IMG/VR virus record: IMGVR_UViG_3300042516_001464 | Span: 3,812 to 67,811 of that record | Length of the DNA: 64,000 bases | Strand: one strand, 5' to 3' | Source: a virus | Part shown: one piece after another, positions 1 through 10,852 of the stretch | Numbering within the stretch: position 1 is the stretch's first letter | How the letters are laid out: every line of letters begins with the position of its first letter | Position numbers and translations under genes: made by a program | Notes under the pieces: model-generated | What the model was told of the DNA's origin: nothing | Database searches by the model: none | Seen by the model: only the letters and a program-made list of their open reading frames with translations

Positions 1-267
1 ATTGGTGGAAGCGTCAGTCCCTACGGATGCACAGAAGTCTTGTTTAGTTTAAAAATTGTGAAAAATAGCGAAAATATTTGTGTGGCTGAAATGGGTGCAT
101 CTGCTGGTACGGGTATATTGGTGGCTGGAGATTACTGCGAATTAGATGACTCTATTGAAGGAAATAAAATAGTTCCGGTTAACCAAATTTTAGGAACTCA
201 TAGCATGACCAACTTGAGCGGTTTAAATGGAGCGGAACCAATCTCACTTATTGTTACCATATCGTGA
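1..267 (+). CDS. Hypothetical virion-region protein, 5' end probably outside the window
   Basis: Frame is open from position 1; its stop overlaps the next start (GTGA). Confidence 0.5.
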   Translation: MGGSVSPYGCTEVLFSLKIVKNSENICVAEMGASAGTGILVAGDYCELDDSIEGNKIVPVNQILGTHSMTNLSGLNGAEPISLIVTIS

Positions 268-674
268 CCTGCCCGCACGCCACACCGATTTCCGAGCGGG
301 TCAATTCATGCGGCCTCGGCCTGCACGGAGGGCGTCCCAGCGCAGGCGTGTGTGTTTACTGCATTTCGCGGGGCGAGAACACGCCCAATCATGCCGCGAA
401 GATCAAAGCCTCACCGCCTAACCTCCCGCAACAAGCCGCAAACCTTGGCAAGGCATTCGTCAATTGGACATCCTATGGTTTTTCCGCTACCCCGCCAGAA
501 ATCCTCGCCGCCCGCGAAGCGACATGCCGCTCCTGTATTGAGTGGGACTCCACCGCGCTGAACAACACTGGCCGCTGTGTAAAGTGTGGATGTAGTACCT
601 GGGCTAAACTGCGCATGGCAAGCGAGCGTTGTCCTATTGGAAAATGGGAAGCTGTTGAAAAAACACTTGAATAA
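264..674 (+). CDS. Cys-rich putative Zn-binding protein
   Basis: CxxC pairs (CVYC, CRSC, CVKCGC) and C-terminal CPIGKW. Confidence 0.65.
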   Translation: MTCPHATPISERVNSCGLGLHGGRPSAGVCVYCISRGENTPNHAAKIKASPPNLPQQAANLGKAFVNWTSYGFSATPPEILAAREATCRSCIEWDSTALNNTGRCVKCGCSTWAKLRMASERCPIGKWEAVEKTLE

Positions 675-695
675 CATAATTGTTAACAATATATT
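667..695 (+). promoter_or_regulatory. Sigma70-like promoter (TTGAAT-N17-TATATT)
   Basis: Consensus-like hexamers ending 9 nt before ATG 705. Confidence 0.5.
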
Positions 696-704
696 TCAAT
701 ATTT

Positions 705-1988
705 ATGCAGCCAATCAAAACAACTAACGCAATGAATCCAGCCCCAGCAAAGGGGATTCAAACACTACCAACTCCGGTAATAGATGATGTCATTATTACT
801 GAAGTAGTGAATGCGTGGAAAGGCGACTATCAGAAGCTGGAGTATGGTACGATGTGGGATAGCGTTCCTCACGGATCACAGCAAGGTAGCTTTCCAGAGC
901 ATAAGCTGGTCTTCCAACAGGTATCAAGTGAAGATGGTCAGTGGGTCAAGCGTATCTGGGTCAATGATCGAGTTAACCAAGACAGCTATAACTACGCAAT
1001 CAAGTATAGTGCTGGATCACAGCAGCACCCAATCTACACAAGAACATACATTGTCCCAAGAGAGGGTTATGCTCCTCTTCCAGACGGAACTCCAGACCCA
1101 TTATTTCCGGGTGCTGTTTTGGTTGATGAGGAAGTAAATAGGTCGGAAGGAGAACTTGATTCAAAGTATATTAGTGTAACAAGGGTTTACGAAACGCTTC
1201 CTGGCCCAATACTTGCGGGGAAACAGATGGTTACCCAGTTTGGCGGTGGTGTAGTTGATGTTACGCAGCAAACAGTATTTACTGGAACTGGAGCAACAGG
1301 AATTGAGATATCTCCAAATTTCAGAACGATACAATCTTCAATTACTCCAGAGGACGTTAGCAAAGCAACGATTAAAACAGCGGAGCTTCCAAGTGGTGAA
1401 GAGTGGCCAGTATTGACAACGTATAAGGATGGGCCGTTCAATGAGAGAATCATTATTGAAAGCCAAGTTGTTCCAATAGGTACTCCGTTACCGGACAATT
1501 CTGGAGCAATTATATGGGAAGCTGAAGATGCGGATAAGTGGAGGAGTATACACACTTCGCGAAATTGTTCTGCATTGCTTGATAAGCAGTTCATTGAATA
1601 TCAAACAACATCGTTTACATTTCCAGCTCTGCTTAAAATAAGAGGAAGGACATTGAGTGATCGGTCAAATATATCATTTCAAAGGCCATCTCAGTCTGGA
1701 ATATTTATAGCAAAAATAATTACAGAATACACGGAAGACTTGCCGGATTTCTTTGAAGAACCATATATAATTTCTACTGTTAGTTTTTCATCCGATGCTG
1801 GAACATTTTCGGGTGTGCTTCACAATTGCTATAATTATGTTTCAGATGACCAGACAATTAGAGCACCGCAAAGCTTTCCAAATTCAATAAATTATGCAAT
1901 TGGAGACGAAGTTTTAATAAGACAATCAACAGAAAAAGAACAAATTGGTTTGTATAAAACAGTTAAAACATATATTGAATTGATATGA
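705..1988 (+). CDS. Putative virion structural (tail) protein
   Basis: 427-aa ORF in the tail module with a beta-rich composition. Confidence 0.55.
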   Translation: MQPIKTTNAMNPAPAKGIQTLPTPVIDDVIITEVVNAWKGDYQKLEYGTMWDSVPHGSQQGSFPEHKLVFQQVSSEDGQWVKRIWVNDRVNQDSYNYAIKYSAGSQQHPIYTRTYIVPREGYAPLPDGTPDPLFPGAVLVDEEVNRSEGELDSKYISVTRVYETLPGPILAGKQMVTQFGGGVVDVTQQTVFTGTGATGIEISPNFRTIQSSITPEDVSKATIKTAELPSGEEWPVLTTYKDGPFNERIIIESQVVPIGTPLPDNSGAIIWEAEDADKWRSIHTSRNCSALLDKQFIEYQTTSFTFPALLKIRGRTLSDRSNISFQRPSQSGIFIAKIITEYTEDLPDFFEEPYIISTVSFSSDAGTFSGVLHNCYNYVSDDQTIRAPQSFPNSINYAIGDEVLIRQSTEKEQIGLYKTVKTYIELI

Positions 1989-2836
1989 ATAATTATTTAT
2001 CACTAAATTTAGTAAACGGAAGACTTAGTAGATTTTCTGGTGGAGGTAGACCAACATTCACCTTGAATGAACTAAATGATGTTCAAATTTACCTCCTTGA
2101 TTATCCAATTCCAGTAACATATCCAGTCGAAGCATTGGGTGATGCATTCTCAGAAATAACAACAAGAGATTTTAATAACCAAGTTTTAACAATAAATGTA
2201 GGCGCAAGAGGTCAAAATAAAATAATATCAACAACTTCCTTTTTTAACCTTCCTACAAATATTATATCATCAACAACATCTAATGTTTTTTATATTAATC
2301 TTGCTGAAGGCACAAGTACAATAAGGGCAAATTATGATGTTAAATTTTCCGTTTCACCAACTCCAATTATTGGATCTTTGTTTTCATTTACAGCAACATT
2401 TGGATATGGTGGAAGTATATTCAGTAATACAAGTGCTGTGTTCTCATTTGAAAATACAATATCTGAAATAAAAAACATTCTTTCAACTGTAATCTACGAC
2501 ACTGCGGTTAGTTTTTACACTAATTATGATAGCGGCGGTAGTTTTATCAACGAATTTACAACAAATCTTTATCAAACATCAGATTATTCTTTTTCTTTTA
2601 TTGGAAACCACACTATGTCGTTTGTTACTTTACCTCCAACAGTATCTTTTAATGTAACATTAAATAATGTAAGTGCGTCTTCAAATCCAGGCAAGTATGG
2701 CAGTCTTGATTTTTCATCATTAAACTGGAACTCCGTTATAGGAACAAAAAAAGAAGTTCCAATCTGGATGGAAGCAATGATAGACAATGAAACAATAGCT
2801 CAAGGAAACGCTATTTTGTGTCGGAAGATGACTTGA
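1985..2836 (+). CDS. Hypothetical virion protein (AT-rich, S/T/N-rich)
   Basis: 283-aa ORF coupled to the upstream gene by ATGA overlap. Confidence 0.6.
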   Translation: MNNYLSLNLVNGRLSRFSGGGRPTFTLNELNDVQIYLLDYPIPVTYPVEALGDAFSEITTRDFNNQVLTINVGARGQNKIISTTSFFNLPTNIISSTTSNVFYINLAEGTSTIRANYDVKFSVSPTPIIGSLFSFTATFGYGGSIFSNTSAVFSFENTISEIKNILSTVIYDTAVSFYTNYDSGGSFINEFTTNLYQTSDYSFSFIGNHTMSFVTLPPTVSFNVTLNNVSASSNPGKYGSLDFSSLNWNSVIGTKKEVPIWMEAMIDNETIAQGNAILCRKMT

Positions 2837-2837
2837 T

Positions 2838-3131
<294 letters not shown>

Positions 3132-3138
3132 AAAAACA

Positions 3139-3167
3139 TTGCATTAAAATAATTTGTAATATAACTT
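3139..3167 (+). promoter_or_regulatory. Sigma70-like promoter (TTGCAT-N17-TAACTT)
   Basis: Intergenic, ends 7 nt before ATG 3175. Confidence 0.45.
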
Positions 3168-3174
3168 TCGCTAA

Positions 3175-4152
3175 ATGAGAATAACACTTGGAGAAGCGAG
3201 GCAACAACTTTACGCCTCAATAGTTCCATCGATTGATAACCAATCGAACATAGATCGCTTTAACTCGTATCTTAATCTTGCACAAGAAAGATTGATTAAT
3301 AGTGGAAAGTGGAACGGAACTATTCTTCCTGTTAGATTTTATTCTCCGAGTGGAATGATTACACTGCCAAGGCGATTTACTTCAGCCCTTGCTGCAAAGT
3401 GGAGCAAAGATTCCGGGAATGGAAACAACGCCACTGGTCCAATTAAGATTCGCAATGGATGGTTTACATACCTTACTCCTATCTCTGACTTGTGGACAGC
3501 TTCCTATTGGCCGAGGTATGGATATAACGAGACATTCTTTGATGACCTTGGTGATGGATTTGTTACATTTGCGAATCCAACATATGAAACATTTACTCTA
3601 AAGGTTGAGATTGAAAATGCAGCTGATGCAAATAAACAAGTTGTTATTAAAGGTAAGGACGAAAACAACAATGATGTGACAATTAATGTTGTGTTGAATA
3701 ATCCAAGCACAACTACAACTCAAGTTTTTAAGAGTATAAACTTCCTTCAAAAATCAATTACAAATGGTGCAGTCAATCTTTATGCTGTAAGTGGAGCTAA
3801 TGAGGAGCAAATCGGCGCATACGAGACAACGGAGACGACTGTGAGCTATCATCGATATGCAGTTCCAAACGAACCTACCATTGATCATCTTGATGTTCTT
3901 TGCAAGATTAGGTTTGTTCCATGCGTATATGATACTGACGAAGTTATTGTTTCTAATCTTGGCGCGTTGAAGAATATGCTTACATCTCTACGATTTGAAG
4001 ATGAGGCAGACTTAGAAAGATCAGAAATGTTTTTTATGAAAGCATTGCAACTACTAAACGGAGAGAGTCGAGAAATCCGTGGTGGTTCGCAATGGAAACT
4101 AAACATTGATAGAGCATCAATGCAATTTGAAAACCTTTGGCCGGGAAGATAA
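3175..4152 (+). CDS. Putative head-tail adaptor / tail tubular protein
   Basis: Helical N- and C-termini (LNLAQERL...ALQLLNGE) resembling podovirus adaptors; tail-module context. Confidence 0.45.
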   Translation: MRITLGEARQQLYASIVPSIDNQSNIDRFNSYLNLAQERLINSGKWNGTILPVRFYSPSGMITLPRRFTSALAAKWSKDSGNGNNATGPIKIRNGWFTYLTPISDLWTASYWPRYGYNETFFDDLGDGFVTFANPTYETFTLKVEIENAADANKQVVIKGKDENNNDVTINVVLNNPSTTTTQVFKSINFLQKSITNGAVNLYAVSGANEEQIGAYETTETTVSYHRYAVPNEPTIDHLDVLCKIRFVPCVYDTDEVIVSNLGALKNMLTSLRFEDEADLERSEMFFMKALQLLNGESREIRGGSQWKLNIDRASMQFENLWPGR

Positions 4153-4155
4153 ATT

Positions 4156-5379
4156 ATGGCAATATTTTCACAAACACCAGGAGAGCTTGAAGTAAAAGCA
4201 GTTTTAGGAAACGACTTTCTATGCAACTTAAACTTTGATGTTGCAATTTCAAACTATGAATTTGAGGCAGGAATCATTCTTCAAGAGTTCCCAAGCAAAA
4301 CAATCTTTCCAATTTCAGTAATAGAAGAATCGGCAAATAAAATCAGTCTTCAATTATCAGCATTAGAAACCGAGACTATTGGAGTTATTTCTAATAGGAA
4401 GTGGTTTTTGAATTGGTCTATTGGCGGTTCAGTTCAGACAATTCTTAGTGGGATGTTTCAGATTTCGGATGTTCCAATTGGATTAAATCAAGGTCAAGAT
4501 GTTGATGTGTCTGTTAATTTTGATGATGTAAATATCACAATTTCATCAATTGCAGCGGTTGGAGCCACTGGCGCAACCGGTATCACTGGCGCAACTGGAG
4601 TACCCGGAGCCACTGGTTCTGGCGCGACTGGTGCTACTGGACTAGGAACTATTTTTTCTCCCACACCTCCCATTCCAGTAAATGGACTAAACTGGGTTGA
4701 TACAACAACAATGCGATATTATCAGTATTATGCTGATGGAACAAGTAGTGCATGGGTTGAGGTGTCAAGTGCTTTTGTTGGCTTGCCTGGAGCGATTGGC
4801 GCGACTGGAGCTACTGGACTTATTGGCGCAACTGGTTCAACTGGACCTATTGGCGCAACTGGATTTATTGGAAATACTGGCGCAACCGGAGCTACAGGCG
4901 TACAAGGCGCAACTGGTCCACAAGGAACTCCGGGTGGCGCAACTGGAGCTTCTGGTGCAACAGGCGCAACTGGGGCAACTGGTGTTGTCCCTGATAACGC
5001 TAGTTTTACAACGATGACAATTACTGGTGAAGCCGCACTTGGAATACCAGTAGAAACAAAACAAAGTCCATCTATTGTAAGCAATGAAGTATCTTTTGAT
5101 TTAACAACAGCAACTTTTTTTGTTGTTTATCTTGATCAAGATGTAACAATAGCATTTGAAAACTCACCATCATCTCCCAAGGTGTTTTCCTTTACGCTTC
5201 AGATTGATGCTAATGGAACCCCATATATTATAACTTGGCCCGCATCTGTTAGGTGGGCTGGCGGGGTTGATCCAGTTATAACATCAGCAAACGGAAAAAG
5301 TGATATATTTGAATTTGTTACACATGATGGTGGTGCAAAATGGTTTGGATTTATTAGTGGTCAAAATTTTTTAAACTAA
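4156..5379 (+). CDS. Tail fibre with collagen-like G-A-T repeats
   Basis: (GATGAT)n tracts; C-terminal [13 protein letters not shown]...DIFEF fibre-type domain. Confidence 0.75.
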   Translation: MAIFSQTPGELEVKAVLGNDFLCNLNFDVAISNYEFEAGIILQEFPSKTIFPISVIEESANKISLQLSALETETIGVISNRKWFLNWSIGGSVQTILSGMFQISDVPIGLNQGQDVDVSVNFDDVNITISSIAAVGATGATGITGATGVPGATGSGATGATGLGTIFSPTPPIPVNGLNWVDTTTMRYYQYYADGTSSAWVEVSSAFVGLPGAIGATGATGLIGATGSTGPIGATGFIGNTGATGATGVQGATGPQGTPGGATGASGATGATGATGVVPDNASFTTMTITGEAALGIPVETKQSPSIVSNEVSFDLTTATFFVVYLDQDVTIAFENSPSSPKVFSFTLQIDANGTPYIITWPASVRWAGGVDPVITSANGKSDIFEFVTHDGGAKWFGFISGQNFLN

Positions 5380-5573
5380 TGAGTTATACTGGTGGAAAAT
5401 TAATAAACCCATCTTCTAATGGTGGCTTATATAGATATGTAACGCCTTGGGACAATTCATATAGATTTGCTCTTCCAACAAACTTGACTTCTATAGCATA
5501 TGTGGATAGTACTTCATTTGCATCCGGCACAAGATATAAAAGAAAAATTACGATTAAAAACAATATACCATAA
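5379..5573 (+). pseudogene. Short ORF, possibly a truncated DUF2341-like fibre gene
   Basis: Ends just after YKRKITI, which resembles the start of DUF2341-type domains. Confidence 0.3.
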
Positions 5574-5576
5574 CAT

Positions 5577-7277
5577 ATGCCAATAGACTTTCCAAATTCT
5601 CCAACATTAAATCAAGAATTTACCGCAGCTGGTAAAACGTGGAAATGGAATGGATTTGCATGGAATTCAATTACCGTTGCGACAATAGGAGCAACTGGGG
5701 CGACTGGTTTGATTGGAGCTACGGGTGCGCAAGGAACTCCAGGTGGCGCGACTGGCGCAACTGGAGCTTCTGGTGCAACAGGCGCAACTGGAAGCATTGG
5801 AATTCAAGGAGAAATCGGATCGACGGGAGCTACTGGGATACAAGGCATACAAGGTGTTCAAGGAGCCACTGGCTCTACAGGGTTGACTGGATCGCAAGGT
5901 TCCACAGGTGCGACTGGTGTCCAAGGTGTAGAAGGAAGTACTGGAGCTACCGGATTAACTGGCGCGACAGGATTAACATCTCCAGCAGGTGGTATTCGTT
6001 GGGCATATACTGGAAATGGAACTCAAACTAATTTTAATATTGTTGGGTCAATTTCTACTCTTGCAACTGCATTCCTTGTAGCAATTGATGGAGTAGTTCA
6101 AGACCCTAACAATTATACTATTTCTGGGACTGATCTTATAATGTCAGACCCGGTTCCCAATGGTAGTATTATTGTAATTGTTTCTTTAAATGGACTTACT
6201 GGCGCAACTGGGCCGAGCGGAGGTCCAACTGGAGCAACTGGAGCTACTGGTGTAAACGGCATTGATGGAGCAACAGGAGCAACGGGCGTTCAAGGTGATG
6301 TTGGCGCAACAGGTGCTACTGGATTGAGCGGCAACGATGGTGCAACGGGTAGCACAGGTGCTACTGGAGTTGGAGCTACTGGAGCTACAGGAGTCGGAAC
6401 GCAAGGTGCAACTGGCGCAACTGGTGCAACGCTTTCTCCTCAAATTGATATTTACGCTGGCTCAACTACTTGGACAAAACCAGCAAATGCAAAGCAAGTA
6501 GTTATCGAATGCGTTGCTGGTGGCGGTGGTGGTGGATATGGCGGCAAAGGCGCAGCAGGAACTGCTTTGTATGGTGGTGCTGGTGGAGGCGCAGGAGGAT
6601 ATAGTCGAGTTTCTATTGACGCATCTCAACTTACTGAAGCAAGTTATACTGTAACAGTTGGAATTGGTGGAACTGGTGGAATTGGCGCGACTTTAACTAA
6701 TGCTGGACTTGGAACATTTACTCGTTTTATAGGAGCAGTTCAGGGGCAATTAGCTGGTGCAAACTCTGGCGGCGCGCTTGCAGGAAATGGTGGGGTTAAT
6801 TTACCTGCAACAGGTTCTGGTGGTGCGCCTACACCAAATTCAGGAGGCATAGCAAATATAACGGGAACTGCTGGAACAGGAACTGGTTCTGGATTTGCGC
6901 CTACATCCGGAGGTGCTGGAGGTGGACTAACAGCAGCAGCAGTTGTTGGATCACCAACTGGTGTATTTAATGGTGGTTCTGGAGGGAATAACGCAATTGT
7001 TACACTCATAAGCTCTGGTGGCGCAGCGAGTTCAGTCGCAAATGGAGTTTCCGCAACATCAACTGCTGCCAGAACATTATCATCGCTCGTAATCAACGGG
7101 TCTGGCGGCGGAGGTGGTGGTGCTTGCTCGTTCGCTACTGGTTCTGGAGGCAATGGAGCCAATGGTTCTGGATATGGTTCTGGAGGTGGTGGAGGTGGAT
7201 CAACCATTGGTTCTGGAGAAAGAAGTAATGGCGGCAATGGCGCACCCGGAGTCATGGTAATCACAACATACTTTTAA
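5577..7277 (+). CDS. Tail fibre with collagen-like repeats and a Gly-rich C-terminal domain
   Basis: IDFPNSP...WKWNGFAW N-terminus, GAT repeats, TWTKP...AGGGGG domain ending ITTYF. Confidence 0.8.
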   Translation: MPIDFPNSPTLNQEFTAAGKTWKWNGFAWNSITVATIGATGATGLIGATGAQGTPGGATGATGASGATGATGSIGIQGEIGSTGATGIQGIQGVQGATGSTGLTGSQGSTGATGVQGVEGSTGATGLTGATGLTSPAGGIRWAYTGNGTQTNFNIVGSISTLATAFLVAIDGVVQDPNNYTISGTDLIMSDPVPNGSIIVIVSLNGLTGATGPSGGPTGATGATGVNGIDGATGATGVQGDVGATGATGLSGNDGATGSTGATGVGATGATGVGTQGATGATGATLSPQIDIYAGSTTWTKPANAKQVVIECVAGGGGGGYGGKGAAGTALYGGAGGGAGGYSRVSIDASQLTEASYTVTVGIGGTGGIGATLTNAGLGTFTRFIGAVQGQLAGANSGGALAGNGGVNLPATGSGGAPTPNSGGIANITGTAGTGTGSGFAPTSGGAGGGLTAAAVVGSPTGVFNGGSGGNNAIVTLISSGGAASSVANGVSATSTAARTLSSLVINGSGGGGGGACSFATGSGGNGANGSGYGSGGGGGGSTIGSGERSNGGNGAPGVMVITTYF

Positions 7278-7389
7278 TTATGGAAATTGACGACTGGCTT
7301 ATTGTTAACTCTGAAACGCATGAAATTGAAATGGGAATCCGTTGGGATGGGAAAACCAATTGGCCTTTGCCAGAAGGAACATATGCTGT
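7272..7389 (+). repeat. 118-bp exact direct repeat, copy 1 (copy 2 at 36757..36874)
   Basis: Base-by-base identity read from the sequence. Confidence 0.9.
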
Positions 7390-7447
7390 GAAACGAAACG
7401 AAGCAGATTTTTCAAAAATCAAATACAAACAACAAGAAGATGAATGA
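7280..7447 (+). CDS. 55-aa putative fibre assembly/chaperone protein (MEIDDWLIV...), copy 1
   Basis: Manually translated; follows the fibre gene; WDG..W.PEG motif; duplicated at 36765. Confidence 0.7.
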   Translation: MEIDDWLIVNSETHEIEMGIRWDGKTNWPLPEGTYAVKRNEADFSKIKYKQQEDE

Positions 7448-7565
7448 TAACGCTACGCTCACAAGCATTTTGGGAACCACCACAAGTTTCACGGGCTTTA
7501 TGGTTAGCATGATGCCGCATATAATTTCGTTTTCAACACAACAATTCCGAATCTTTCAAAATTAA
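7440..7565 (+). pseudogene. Truncated small membrane protein, apparent paralog of 36925..37104
   Basis: MNDNATLTSILGTTTSFTGFMVSMMPHI aligns loosely with MDTNSFNAGMAGIFATATSVGISLLPEI, then diverges and stops; same position after the chaperone copy. Confidence 0.4.
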
Positions 7566-7597
7566 TAATCGTAGGATGAACCTCAAAAAATAATATT

Positions 7598-8539
7598 ATG
7601 CCTATAACGAAAGCAAAAACAGCAGTAGTAAATCTTGACCAAGATACACTTATAAATGGAATTACGATTGGAAGAGGTGGAGGCAATGTTTTTTTCAATA
7701 CAGCCAACGGTGCAGGCGCACTCTTCTCAAACACAACAACAGGAACCAACAACACAGCCAGTGGTAGAAACGCACTCTACTCCAACACAACTGGATTCAA
7801 CAACACAGCCAGCGGTACAGGCGCACTCTTCTCAAACACAACTGGAAGCAACAACACAGCCAGCGGTGTAAACGCACTCAGCTCAAACACAACAGGAAGC
7901 AGCAACACAGCCAGTGGTAGAAACGCACTCCAAACCAACACAATATTCTCAAATGTTGGAGGATTCGGAAACAACGCTCAAGTATCTGGCTCAAATCAAA
8001 TCAGAATTGGCGATGCAAATATTACCAGTGTTACTTGCCAAACTAATGCTTGGTCTGATGAACGAGACAAATCTGATATTCGTGATACTGTTCTTGGCCT
8101 TGATTTCATCAAAGAACTTCGTCCAGTTGATTATAAATGGGACTACCGCGAAGATTATCGCCCAGAAGCACCTGTTTATGTAGGGAAACCAGCAGAACCA
8201 AAAGAAGATGCTTCTGACGAAGACAAGGCTAAATACGCTCAAGAACTTGCTGAATACAATGCTTATGTTGTTTTGAAAGACAAGTGGCTTGAAGACTGCA
8301 AGTGGTCTAACCTTGTTCACGATGGAACACACAAGCGCACTCGCTTCCATCATGGTTTGATTGCCCAAGAAGTTAAATCAGTTATTGAGAAAACTGGAGT
8401 TGATTTTGGAGGATTCCAAGATCACACAATCAAAGGTGGCGATGAGGTTATGACGATTGGTTACACCGAATTAATTGGGCCACTTATCAAGGCAGTCCAA
8501 GAACTTTCAGCTAAAGTTGAAGAATTAGAGTCAAAATAA
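7598..8539 (+). CDS. Tailspike/fibre with 14-aa repeats and a C-terminal intramolecular chaperone (peptidase S74)
   Basis: NNTASGxxALxSNTTG repeats; SDERDK, LRPVDYKW, HGLIAQEV, YTELIGPLIKAVQEL motifs. Confidence 0.85.
   Translation: MPITKAKTAVVNLDQDTLINGITIGRGGGNVFFNTANGAGALFSNTTTGTNNTASGRNALYSNTTGFNNTASGTGALFSNTTGSNNTASGVNALSSNTTGSSNTASGRNALQTNTIFSNVGGFGNNAQVSGSNQIRIGDANITSVTCQTNAWSDERDKSDIRDTVLGLDFIKELRPVDYKWDYREDYRPEAPVYVGKPAEPKEDASDEDKAKYAQELAEYNAYVVLKDKWLEDCKWSNLVHDGTHKRTRFHHGLIAQEVKSVIEKTGVDFGGFQDHTIKGGDEVMTIGYTELIGPLIKAVQELSAKVEELESK
7699..7945 (+). repeat. ~42-bp coding tandem repeats
   Basis: aacaacacagccag...gcactc...aacacaac repeated about 5 times. Confidence 0.8.
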
Positions 8540-8554
8540 TATTTTATTACAAAA

Positions 8555-8932
8555 ATGAAATACCTTCTCGCCATTGCTATCGTTGCTCTTGCTGGATGCA
8601 CTACGCTTCCAGTCGAGCAACCTGCGTTCGCAGGACGATACAAAAACGCCTGTCTTCCAGAAGCTATTGCAATGACGCAAGGTTTGAAGCAGGCAGGAAT
8701 ACAAGCTCGCGTTTTAAGAATATCAACAAACAAATGGAATCATGCCATCTGCGTGTACCTTTATCCTTCTGGATCAAATACCCTATGGGGCTGGGATAGT
8801 TATTGGAAATCAAATAGGCTGCGGGCATTTTCAGATGAACCTAATTCAATTGCCAAGGCATGGATAAACACAACGCTATCTGATGTTATATTTTTGAATT
8901 CACAATTTTTGGATAGCAATTCATTTAAATAG
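8555..8932 (+). CDS. Lipoprotein with a possible Cys-His-Asp triad
   Basis: Signal peptide with lipobox LAGC; ACLPEA...NHAICVY...WGWD. Confidence 0.6.
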   Translation: MKYLLAIAIVALAGCTTLPVEQPAFAGRYKNACLPEAIAMTQGLKQAGIQARVLRISTNKWNHAICVYLYPSGSNTLWGWDSYWKSNRLRAFSDEPNSIAKAWINTTLSDVIFLNSQFLDSNSFK

Positions 8933-8971
8933 TGCTATACATCAAACAATAATCGTTTAACAATAAAACCT

Positions 8972-9484
8972 ATGGCTACATCAATTGAAAAATTCGTAAA
9001 GTTCCAACCTATTCAGAGTGGATTCCAACGCTTCATGCGTGAGCGCAATCAAGAAGGTCGCCCTAAAGTAGATGAAACGCTTCGTGAGCGAGTTAATAAA
9101 TATCGAAATCAAGAGTTCCTTGATAAAGAACTTGAAGACGAAGATAAATACAAACAAGAATACATTGAGGAAGGAGATCAGCTCCCAGAGACAGATGTTA
9201 GGCCAAAGGCAAGTGAGCCTGCTAAACCTCGTAGTGAAGGCGTTCAGCGTATGCAGCGCCGGATGCGTGAATCTCTCGGAGAGAAAGACGATACTCCTAC
9301 TATTACCGTTTCCAAGAAGGCTAAAGAGTCGGAAGAGAGAAAACCTCGATACATTTCTGGTTTTGAGAAAGCTGGAAAGCCATCTCGTATTCGCGTTGGT
9401 GGAAGCAAACCATCAACCAGCCCAGAGCGACTTGAAGCTCGTAAGAAAATGCTTCGCAGGAACGCTATCTTTGGAAGGAAGTAA
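8972..9484 (+). CDS. Hypothetical charged protein
   Basis: 170-aa ORF in operon. Confidence 0.6.
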   Translation: MATSIEKFVKFQPIQSGFQRFMRERNQEGRPKVDETLRERVNKYRNQEFLDKELEDEDKYKQEYIEEGDQLPETDVRPKASEPAKPRSEGVQRMQRRMRESLGEKDDTPTITVSKKAKESEERKPRYISGFEKAGKPSRIRVGGSKPSTSPERLEARKKMLRRNAIFGRK

Positions 9485-9486
9485 TT

Positions 9487-10851
9487 ATGGCAATCACTGC
9501 TTCCAAAAATACCAAACTAAGCAAAGAGCAAGAAGCATTGAATGCATTTGTGGCTAGAAATAGAAACCCACAATACGAATCTCCATTGCAGGAAACAGTT
9601 ACTAAAACAGAAATAAAGACTCCAAGTGGTGGCACTGTTAAATACGGAATAGATACATTGGCAAGAATGCGTGAAACAGAAGCGCAAAATAAGGAAAAAG
9701 AAGTTGCTCGTAGAGAGAAATTTAATACATCACTTGCGTCAATGCAGCAGAATGCAGCTAATACTTTAAAGAAAAGATACGAAGATGAATTGGCTTCCCG
9801 TGGATTTGCCCCACCTCAAAACAGGCAGGAACAAGAGGCTATCGATAAAGCGAGGATGGAAGATTTTAGGGCTACTAGAAAAGCTAATATCGCAGCAGAA
9901 AGAGCTGAAAAAACAGCCTTAACAGATTACTCAAATTACAAAGCAGCCGCTAAGCAAGCTAGATTGAATAATGACTTTGGTGGAGTTGCTTATTATGAAA
10001 GCGAAGCATCAAAAGTAAATAATTATGTTGGTGGAGATATAACAAATGTAACGGCAAGAAGATCATTTTTTAAAGATCAAGCAAACAAAGATTTAATGCG
10101 TGAAGTTAATGCCCGTGTTGAAGCGAGGAAGCAAAAAACACAACAACAACAAACATCAAACCCTGAAGCTTCTTCATTTATTCCCAAATCAACAAGTGCG
10201 CCAATGGGGGTTGGAATTGATTCACTTTCATATCAGTCTCAATACAAGAAGCCGCTTGAAGCAACAGAGCAGCCATTTGGTTTGGTTGCTCCAAGAAAGC
10301 AAGATTATGGCGTGGATTTTTCAAGTATAAGCGAATACAATCCAGCTCAATCAAATACAAGTAAATTTACTTCCGAAAGAGCGATTCAAGGAAATGCGGA
10401 AAATGTAAATCCACAAACTCCATTCCCGCGATATACAGAAGAAAATCAATTCCCAGGTATTTCTAAAATTCCAAGAGTTCAAATAAACCCAGATGAATCT
10501 GCATCGGAATACAACGCCAGAGTTATTCAGGAATACAATAAAAATGTAATTATTCCATCGTTTAATAAGGAAACACAAGAAGCCGTAACTTCTGCAATTG
10601 AACTTAATAAAATAGAGCCATCACTATTTAGGAAGAGGCTTAGTTCTCCTGAAAACCTAAAAGAACATACCAAAGTTTCTACAAAATTAAAATCAGATAG
10701 AAAAGTAATTGTTCAAACAATGAAAGAATTGAAGTCTAAATTCCGCGACTATAATAAATATCCAGCAAATAGTAAGGAGAGAGCGCTTCTTGAAAATCAA
10801 ATTGGCGTTCTTAATGAACAGCTTGGATTCTTTGATAGTTTACTAAATTAA
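9487..10851 (+). CDS. Putative internal virion (ejection) protein
   Basis: Helical A/E/K/Q-rich protein upstream of the giant protein. Confidence 0.5.
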   Translation: MAITASKNTKLSKEQEALNAFVARNRNPQYESPLQETVTKTEIKTPSGGTVKYGIDTLARMRETEAQNKEKEVARREKFNTSLASMQQNAANTLKKRYEDELASRGFAPPQNRQEQEAIDKARMEDFRATRKANIAAERAEKTALTDYSNYKAAAKQARLNNDFGGVAYYESEASKVNNYVGGDITNVTARRSFFKDQANKDLMREVNARVEARKQKTQQQQTSNPEASSFIPKSTSAPMGVGIDSLSYQSQYKKPLEATEQPFGLVAPRKQDYGVDFSSISEYNPAQSNTSKFTSERAIQGNAENVNPQTPFPRYTEENQFPGISKIPRVQINPDESASEYNARVIQEYNKNVIIPSFNKETQEAVTSAIELNKIEPSLFRKRLSSPENLKEHTKVSTKLKSDRKVIVQTMKELKSKFRDYNKYPANSKERALLENQIGVLNEQLGFFDSLLN

Positions 10852-10852
10852 A

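Noticed and set aside
4728-7264. Antisense and alternate ORFs with PVAPVA or poly-P
   Set aside because: Mirror of Gly-Ala-Thr and Gly-rich codons
7699-7945. Regular ~42-bp repeats as a CRISPR array
   Set aside because: In-frame coding repeats with no unique spacers and no cas genes
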